From NCBI GenBank assembly GCA_036403035.1, contig DASWRT010000236.1, positions 1-51,716 on the forward strand: a DNA stretch of 51,716 nt, written 5' to 3'. The DNA comes from Stellaceae bacterium (lineage in GTDB: Bacteria; Pseudomonadota; Alphaproteobacteria; ATCC43930; CGMCC-115725). The position numbers were made by a program, and so were the translations under genes. Under the pieces are notes generated by a model. The model ran no database searches. It had not been told where the DNA came from and saw nothing but the letters and a program-made list of their open reading frames with translations. Below are positions 45,961 to 51,716 of the stretch, in pieces. Numbering within the stretch: position 1 is the first letter of the stretch; each line of letters starts with the position of its first letter.

Positions 45961-46514
45961 GTCTTCCTCCGTTCGTGAGATCGCGACAGTTGCCGCAGAC
46001 GCTCGGAAAGCGCACTCCTGTCCGCGTTTATTCGCCACCGCCCGTGCTCCCAAGACGCTGTCGAACACCGGACGGTAGCCGGGCCGTTCGCGCACCAGCG
46101 GCGACGAGGCACTCTTTCCAGTACATTCGGTAGGTTACCGAACCCTGTCTGCGTGCTCAGAAAGTTACAGGACCTCAACACATCGTCAAGTCAAGCTTAT
46201 CGCTTTTTCAGTGTATTATCAAAAATTTCATCGATCAATCGGAAGAAAAGCCTCCTGAACACAAGAAAGGCGGCAAAAAAGCAAAGAACACTCCTCACTG
46301 CGTGAAGAAATATTCACGCACTGCTGATCGACAGTCGCAATGTTTGTTCGGCGATGACACGCCCGCGGCATGGTGAATGCGAAACAAGTCGCCGGAGTCG
46401 CGCCAGCCGGAGCGCCGACGCATGCCGCGGAATGTCAGACGATCGGTGAAGCCGTTCGGGAAAACCTCCTGCGTGTTCTCCGTGGTTACCGCCGGTCCTT
46501 AGCCCAAGCGCCGC

Positions 46515-47051
46515 CTATGCAGCCGACGAGACGCCGCCGCTTCCGCTGCCGCCGCCGCCGCTCCGTTCAGCCAGCCGCCGGCGCACATACGGCGTAAGTC
46601 CGCCCGAAGCGACGACCTGCCTGAGAAAATCGGGCAACGGCTGCGCCTTGAACCGTGCACCGTCCAACTCGATCTCGCCGGCGGACAGGTCGACCTTGAT
46701 CGAGGCGCCCTCGCGTGCCGCATCCGCCACCTCCGGACATGTCAGCACCGGAAGACCTTGATTCAGGGCGTTGCGGAAGAAGATGCGGGCGAAGCCGCGT
46801 GCAATGACGCAGGACACGCCGACGCCCTTCAGCGCCAGGACTGCGTGCTCGCGCGACGAGCCGCAGCCGAAATTGCGTCCGGCGACGATCACGTCGCCGG
46901 GCCGCACGCGGTCGGCGAAGTGCGGGTCGAGCGGCTCCATGCAATGCCGGCCGAGCACTGCCGGGTCGCGCGAGGCGAGATAGCGCGCGGGAATGATGAC
47001 GTCGGTGTCGACGTCGTCGCCGAATTTACGGACGGATGCGTCGATGATCAT
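46515..47051 (-). CDS. aconitase-family dehydratase small subunit (LeuD-like), second copy
   Basis: [13 protein letters not shown] motif. The start overlaps the large-subunit stop as ATGA. The C-terminal tail ERSGGGGSGSGGVSSAA is Gly/Ser-rich. Confidence 0.85.
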   Translation of the reverse strand: MIIDASVRKFGDDVDTDVIIPARYLASRDPAVLGRHCMEPLDPHFADRVRPGDVIVAGRNFGCGSSREHAVLALKGVGVSCVIARGFARIFFRNALNQGLPVLTCPEVADAAREGASIKVDLSAGEIELDGARFKAQPLPDFLRQVVASGGLTPYVRRRLAERSGGGGSGSGGVSSAA

Positions 47052-48322
47052 TGCCCCGTCACCTCGCTCGGATCGATCAATTCGCCCGCCACCGCCGACG
47101 CGGCGGCGACATAGGCATTGGCCAGATAGACGCGGGAACTCGCGGCGCCCATGCGTCCCCGGTAGTTGCGGTTGGTCGTCGCGACGGCGACCTGCTCCTC
47201 GCCGAGGACGCCCATATGCAGGCCGGCGCAGGCGCCGCAGGTCGACGGCGCGATGATCGCGCCGGCATCGAGGAGCGTTTCCAGCAGCCCTTCGCGCATC
47301 GCCTGCCGGTAGATCTCGCGCGTCGCCGGGACGACGACGCACCGGACGCCCTTGGCGATCTTGCGCCCGGCGAGGATCTCCGCGGCCTGACGGAGATCGG
47401 TCATGGTGCCGTTGGCGCAGTTGCCGATATACGCCTGATCGATGCGGACGCCGCTTGTCTCGGCGACCGGCGCGACGTTGTCCGGCGAATACGGCCGGGC
47501 GCAAAGCGGCGTCAGCGCCGAGGCGTCGAAGGAGAGCGACGAGGCGAAGGCGGCGTCCTCGTCCGAGCTGACCGCCGCCGCGAGCCCGGCGTCGCCATGC
47601 GTCGCGCGCGCCCAACTCCGCGTCGTCTCGTCCGGCGGCACGAAGCAGGTCTTCGCGCCGCCTTCGACGGCCATGTTGCAGAGCGCCATCCGCTCGTCGA
47701 GGTTGAGGCCGGCGATGGCGTCGCCGACGAACTCGATGCAGCGATACGTCCCGCCGTCGACGGTGATCTCGCCGAGCAGCCGCAGAATCAAGTCCTTGCC
47801 GGTGACGTACCGCCGCCGCTTCCCGCTGAAGGCGACGCGGATGGTCTCCGGCACCATGAACCACAGCTCGTCGAGCGCCATCGCCGCCGCGATGTCGGAC
47901 GATCCCATCCCCGTCCCGAGCGCGCCGAAGGCGCCGGCCGTGCAGGTGTGGGAGTCGGTGCCGATCACGAGGTCGCCCGGCCGCAGCAGCCCGCGTTCCG
48001 GAAGCAGCGTGTGCTCGATGCCCTCGCCGTTCACGAAGAGATGCGGGATCCCGTTCTCGGCGGCGAAGCGGGCCATCAGCGAGAGGAGCCCGGCGGCGGC
48101 GGGGTCCGGCGGCGGCGAGTAGTGGTCGCCGACCAGAACCACCTTGTCGGGAGCCGCAACCCGTTCCGCCCCCATCGCCTTGAGCTGATCGATCGCGAGC
48201 GGCCCGGTGATGTCGTGCAGCAGGATGCGGTCGACGCTCGCGGTGACGATCTCCCCTGCGTGTGTCCGCTCCTTGCCGGCATGAGCGGCGAAGATCTTTT
48301 CCGCCGCCGTCATTCCTCCCAT
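47048..48322 (-). CDS. aconitase-family dehydratase large subunit (archaeal-type LeuC/HacA-like), second copy
   Basis: Motifs are GTDSHT, CNMAVEGG, YIGNCANG, STCGACAG and TTNRNYRGRMG. At about 420 aa it is the short LeuC type. Confidence 0.88.
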   Translation of the reverse strand: MGGMTAAEKIFAAHAGKERTHAGEIVTASVDRILLHDITGPLAIDQLKAMGAERVAAPDKVVLVGDHYSPPPDPAAAGLLSLMARFAAENGIPHLFVNGEGIEHTLLPERGLLRPGDLVIGTDSHTCTAGAFGALGTGMGSSDIAAAMALDELWFMVPETIRVAFSGKRRRYVTGKDLILRLLGEITVDGGTYRCIEFVGDAIAGLNLDERMALCNMAVEGGAKTCFVPPDETTRSWARATHGDAGLAAAVSSDEDAAFASSLSFDASALTPLCARPYSPDNVAPVAETSGVRIDQAYIGNCANGTMTDLRQAAEILAGRKIAKGVRCVVVPATREIYRQAMREGLLETLLDAGAIIAPSTCGACAGLHMGVLGEEQVAVATTNRNYRGRMGAASSRVYLANAYVAAASAVAGELIDPSEVTGQ

Positions 48323-48421
48323 CGACCTATTCCCTTCCCGTTCGTCTTCTCGTTCCTCGCCTCTTCTCCTATCGGAGATGGGCGTCCCGTGCCGCCGTGC
48401 CGTCCGCCCGGCCGGCGGTGC

Positions 48422-49084
48422 TCATCCCGAGACCAGCGCGATGCGCCGTGCGCGCAGCCCGCGCCGTTCGGTGCGCAGCGTGTCGAGCAGGCGGTCGCGC
48501 GAGCGCGTCAAATGCGTGCGGATCTCATCGGCGGCGGCGTCGCCGCGTCCCTGCCGGATGAGGTTCAGCACCCCCTGGTGCTCGGCAAAGGCGCGCTCGC
48601 GTCCGCCGCGGCTGTTGATCTCCAGCCAGCGCGCCCGCGACAGCCGCGTCAGCACGTCTTCGAGCGACCGCACGAAGAAGGCGTTCCCCGACAGCCGCGC
48701 CAGCTCGACGTGGAACAGCGTCGCGATGCTGTAGGATTCCTCAACTGCCTGATCCTCCGGGATATGGATCATGCTCTCGATCGCGTCGATGTCGGTCCCG
48801 CTCGCGCGCTCCGCGGCAGCCCGGATTGCTGCGACTTCGATCACTTCCCGGTATTCGCAGGCCTGCTCGATCTCGGAGATGTCGATCGGGGCGACGACGT
48901 AGCTCCGTCCCTGCCGCTGCACCAGCCCTTCGGTCTCCAGCCGGAGCAAGGCGGCGCGGATCGGCGTGCGCGAGCTATCGAACCGCGTCTCCAGCAGACG
49001 CTCGCGGAGAGGCTCGCCCGGCATGAGCTCGACGGACAGGATCGCATCGCGAATGCTGTTGTATGTCGAGATGGTCTGCGACAA
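48422..49084 (-). CDS. GntR family (FadR/FCD subfamily) transcriptional regulator, paralogue 2
   Basis: The TTG start is preceded by GGGAGG. It is collinear with the regulator at 27671 (MSQ.., LETRF..SRTPIRAAL.RLETEGL.QR, FHVELARLSGN.FF.RSL.D..TRLSRARWLEI, RRGLRAR). Confidence 0.85.
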   Translation of the reverse strand: MSQTISTYNSIRDAILSVELMPGEPLRERLLETRFDSSRTPIRAALLRLETEGLVQRQGRSYVVAPIDISEIEQACEYREVIEVAAIRAAAERASGTDIDAIESMIHIPEDQAVEESYSIATLFHVELARLSGNAFFVRSLEDVLTRLSRARWLEINSRGGRERAFAEHQGVLNLIRQGRGDAAADEIRTHLTRSRDRLLDTLRTERRGLRARRIALVSG

Positions 49085-49125
49085 GCGCCGGGCCTCCCTA
49101 AGCGAGCGCCATTCAGGTGCGCTCG

Positions 49126-49152
49126 TTTGGTATACCCAGCTTGCATACCAAA
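49126..49152. promoter_or_regulatory. composite GntR-type operator TTTGGTATACCC-N-GCATACCAAA
   Basis: An inverted repeat joins tttggtat (49126-49133) and ataccaaa (49145-49152). It lies 42-68 nt upstream of the GntR paralogue 2 start, in the divergent region toward leuC. Confidence 0.5.
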
Positions 49153-49273
49153 AAGGGATGCGGAAGAAAAGTATCTTCTGCGGGGTAGGTCCGAATCAGC
49201 CACAGATAAGCTGCAAGCCAGTATGAGCCCGATCGGCAGATGAGATATTTTCATCCGCGCGGCGAGATAAACT

Positions 49274-49305
49274 CGTTTGCGAATACGGCCGCAACGCGTT
49301 TTTTT
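49274..49305 (+). terminator. intrinsic-terminator-like hairpin plus T7 run in the leuC upstream region
   Basis: cgtttgcg (49274-49281) pairs with cgcaacg (49290-49296) with one bulge. Two nt later comes TTTTTTT (49299-49305). A T7 run looks unusual in this GC-rich DNA. Confidence 0.4.
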
Positions 49306-49592
49306 GTTGCACGATGCGAGCCTCCGGTGAAACCTTTGATCTCGGTCCGTCGCATTTCGGCAAGGCTGTGGCCGGCCGCATGAGACCGGCTCGATCAAAG
49401 GATTGACGGGCTTCGCCGCTCCGACACTTGCCGCCGGAGCCGGCGATGACGACTTGCCGGCACGTCGGGATATCCCCCGCGTGCAGGCGCGGCCGGCAAT
49501 GGATGAACCGGGCACGGCAGTAGACCGCTTCGGCCGTCGATGGAGGCCGGCATTGCCCCGGTCGGATGAACGACCCTGGAGTATTGTGTGAC

Positions 49593-51023
49593 ATGACGAC
49601 AAGCAACGGGCAGCAACCGCAAAAACCGCGCACCCTGTACGACAAGATCTGGGAGGCGCACGTCGTCTCGCGGAAGGACGACGGCACGTGCGTGCTCTAT
49701 ATCGACCGCCATCTGCTCAACGAGGTGTCGAGCCCGCAGGCGTTCGAGGGGCTTCGCCTTGCCGGGCGCAAGGTGCGGCGGCCCGAGCTTGCGCTTGCCG
49801 TTGCCGACCATGACGTGCCGACGGACGACCGCAACAAGCCGATCGTCGATCCGGAGGGCGCGCTGCAGGTCGAGACCATCGAGCGGAACGTCGCCGAATT
49901 CGGCGTGCCGTATTTCGGGCTGCACGACATGCGCCACGGCATCGTTCACGTGATCGGCCCCGAGCAGGGCTTCACGCTGCCGGGCACGACGATCGTCTGC
50001 GGCGACAGCCACACCGCGACGCACGGCGCGTTCGGCGCGCTCGCCTTCGGCATCGGCAGCTCGGAGGTGGAGCACGTGCTGGCGACGCAGACCATGCTGC
50101 AGCGCCGCTCCAAGAACATGCTGGTCCGCGTCGAAGGCGAGCTGGCGCCCGGCGTCACCGGCAAGGACATCGTCCTCGCGGTCATCGGCAAGATCGGAAC
50201 GGCGGGCGGCACCGGCCACGTCATCGAGTATGCCGGCAGCGCGATCCGCGGCCTCTCGATGGAAGGCCGGATGACTGTGTGCAACATGACGATCGAGGCG
50301 GGCGCCCGCGCCGGCCTCGTGGCGCCGGACGAGAAGACCTTCGAGTACCTGAAGGGTCGGCCGCTCGCGCCGAAGGCCGGCGCCTGGGAGCAGGCGGAGG
50401 CGTTCTGGCGGACGCTGCCCTCCGACCCCGGAGCGCGCTACGACACGGTCGTCGAGATCGACGCCTCGTCGATCACGCCCCAGGTGACGTGGGGCACCAG
50501 CCCCGAGGACGTGCTGCCGATCACCGGCCGCGTGCCGAACCCGGCGGAGATCGCCGACCCGGCCCGCCGCGCCGCGACCGAGCGGGCGATCTCCTACATG
50601 GCGCTCGAACCGGGCATGCCGCTGCAGCAGATCGCGATCGACCGGGTGTTCATCGGCTCCTGCACCAACGCGCGGATCGAGGATCTGCGCGAAGCCGCGA
50701 AGATCGTCGAGGGCCGCCGCGTCGCGGAAGGCGTACGGGCGATGGTGGTGCCGGGCTCCGGGCTCGTGAAGCACCAGGCCGAGGAGGAAGGGCTCGACCG
50801 GGTCTTCCTGGCGGCGGGCTTCGAATGGCGCGAGGCCGGCTGCTCGATGTGCCTCGGCATGAACGAGGACAAGCTGAAGCGCGGCGAGCGCTGCGCCTCG
50901 ACCTCGAACCGCAATTTCGAGAACCGGCAGGGTCCGGGCGGGCGCACCCACCTGCTCAGCCCGGCGATGGCGGCGGCGGCGGCGATCCGCGGCCGGCTCG
51001 CCGACGTGCGCGACTTCATCTGA
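49593..51023 (+). CDS. leuC: 3-isopropylmalate dehydratase large subunit
   Basis: Motifs are [35 protein letters not shown] and [12 protein letters not shown]. An alternative ATG is at 49566. Confidence 0.92.
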   Translation: MTTSNGQQPQKPRTLYDKIWEAHVVSRKDDGTCVLYIDRHLLNEVSSPQAFEGLRLAGRKVRRPELALAVADHDVPTDDRNKPIVDPEGALQVETIERNVAEFGVPYFGLHDMRHGIVHVIGPEQGFTLPGTTIVCGDSHTATHGAFGALAFGIGSSEVEHVLATQTMLQRRSKNMLVRVEGELAPGVTGKDIVLAVIGKIGTAGGTGHVIEYAGSAIRGLSMEGRMTVCNMTIEAGARAGLVAPDEKTFEYLKGRPLAPKAGAWEQAEAFWRTLPSDPGARYDTVVEIDASSITPQVTWGTSPEDVLPITGRVPNPAEIADPARRAATERAISYMALEPGMPLQQIAIDRVFIGSCTNARIEDLREAAKIVEGRRVAEGVRAMVVPGSGLVKHQAEEEGLDRVFLAAGFEWREAGCSMCLGMNEDKLKRGERCASTSNRNFENRQGPGGRTHLLSPAMAAAAAIRGRLADVRDFI

Positions 51024-51039
51024 GCGGAGGACGCCGACG

Positions 51040-51666
51040 ATGGAAAAATTCGTGAGGCTCACCGGCGTCGCGGCGCCGCTGCCGATGATCAACGTCGACA
51101 CCGACAAGGTCTTCCCGGCGCAGTTCATGGTGACGATCACCCGCAAGGGGCTCGGCCACCGGCTCTTCACCCGCTACCGCTACAACCCGGACGGGACGGA
51201 GAACCCGGACTTCGTGCTCAACAGGCCGGCCTACCGGCAGTCGAAGATCCTGGTCACCGGCGAGAATTTCGGCTGCGGCTCGTCGCGCGAGCACGCGCCG
51301 TGGTCGCTGCTCGATTTCGGCATCCGCTGCCTGATCGCGCCGTCCTTCGCCGACATCTTCTTCAACAACTGCTTCAAGAACGGCATCCTGCCGATCGTCC
51401 TGCCGCAGGCGGAGGTCGACCTGCTGATGGACGATGCGCAGCAGGGCGAGCACGGGGCCACGCTCACGATCGACCTGGAGAACCAGGAGATCGTGCGCCC
51501 GAACGGCGAGAAGATCCCGTTCGACGTCAACCCGTTCCGCAAGCACTGCCTGCTGAACGGCCTCGACGATGTCGGGCTCACGCTCCAGGATGCCGGCGCC
51601 ATCGAAGCCTTCGAGCGGCGGCACGACCGGCAGCAGCCCTGGCTGCCGCTGCGCGCGGCCGGGTGA
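51040..51666 (+). CDS. leuD: 3-isopropylmalate dehydratase small subunit
   Basis: [15 protein letters not shown] motif. It lies immediately downstream of leuC. Confidence 0.92.
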   Translation: MEKFVRLTGVAAPLPMINVDTDKVFPAQFMVTITRKGLGHRLFTRYRYNPDGTENPDFVLNRPAYRQSKILVTGENFGCGSSREHAPWSLLDFGIRCLIAPSFADIFFNNCFKNGILPIVLPQAEVDLLMDDAQQGEHGATLTIDLENQEIVRPNGEKIPFDVNPFRKHCLLNGLDDVGLTLQDAGAIEAFERRHDRQQPWLPLRAAG

Positions 51667-51716
51667 TCGGGAGCTAACGGACGGCGGCGAGGTCGACGAG
51701 GCATCGAGCCTCTTCG

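Noticed and set aside
45961-46095. In-frame 45-codon N-terminal extension of the oxygenase ORF (GTG at 46095)
   Set aside because: The ATG at 45960 has a near-perfect GGAGGA at ideal spacing. The extension has no SD, intermediate third-position GC (30 of 45 by hand count), and no counterpart in AsnO/VioC-like N-termini.
46228-46284. 18-codon TTG ORF (MLFCRLSCVQEAFLPIDR) and other tiny ORFs in the AT-rich leader as possible precursor or leader peptides
   Set aside because: It has a good SD. However, it has a non-ATG start, is very short, cannot be checked for conservation here, and there is no modifying enzyme typical of RiPPs. It is mentioned inside the leader finding only.
46370-46597. 75-aa plus-strand ORF at the distal end of the AT-rich region
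   Set aside because: It overlaps the 3' end of the LeuD-like gene on the opposite strand. The tail is Arg-rich, there is no SD, and no family is recognised.
47051-49243. 730-aa plus-strand ORF opposite the LeuC-like and GntR paralogue 2 genes
   Set aside because: A shadow ORF. The minus-strand proteins carry complete aconitase-family and GntR signatures.
49200-49400. Leucine-type leader peptide attenuator upstream of leuC
   Set aside because: The small ORFs in this region (MSPIGR and a 47-aa ORF starting MRYFHPRGE) contain no run of Leu codons, so a classical attenuation peptide is not supported.

Overview
This is a very GC-rich, alphaproteobacterium-like chromosomal window. I count about 50 credible protein genes. 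I saw no rRNA, tRNA, CRISPR array, transposase or integrase. Many of the long ORFs in the track are antisense or out-of-frame shadow ORFs typical of high-GC DNA, and I ignored them. Blocks, in order: (1) 0.5-3.8 kb holds small secreted, lipoprotein and membrane proteins of unknown function. (2) 3.8-9.4 kb is a sugar-type locus: orphan solute-binding protein, PhyH-family dioxygenase, LacI regulator with a perfect palindromic operator, and a GH3 beta-glucosidase. (3) 9.5-19.7 kb is a quinate/shikimate-to-protocatechuate locus: TetR, aroE-like, aroQ, benzoylformate-decarboxylase-like ThDP enzyme, MFS, pcaHG, a BKACE-family enzyme and a fused 3-dehydroshikimate dehydratase. (4) 19.8-25.6 kb carries class I PHA synthase, an orphan RecB-type PD-(D/E)xK protein, and a proline-racemase-superfamily protein with a Ser/Thr instead of Cys/Cys dyad next to an aldehyde dehydrogenase. 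(5) 25.9-36.1 kb is an unassigned organic-acid catabolic cluster: two RraA/HMG-aldolase-like genes, GntR, two family III CoA-transferases, a NitT/TauT-type ABC importer, a periplasmic alpha/beta hydrolase and an HMG-CoA-lyase-like protein. (6) A truncated LysR remnant is followed by an Fe3+/polyamine-type ABC importer. (7) 40.9-46.5 kb is the most unusual part. It is a minus-strand module of a clavaminate-synthase-like 2OG oxygenase, a DUF336/GlcG protein, a stand-alone YrdC/TsaC-like protein, a HlyD membrane-fusion protein and an MFS-like transporter, preceded by a roughly 0.5 kb AT-rich leader. I propose it as a candidate undescribed export-coupled amino-acid tailoring system. (8) A second, archaeal-type LeuCD-like dehydratase pair with its own GntR paralogue sits divergent from canonical leuCD. 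The two GntR paralogues share a TTTGGTATACC-type operator motif. It occurs three times in the window and links blocks 5, 6 and 8 into one predicted regulon.
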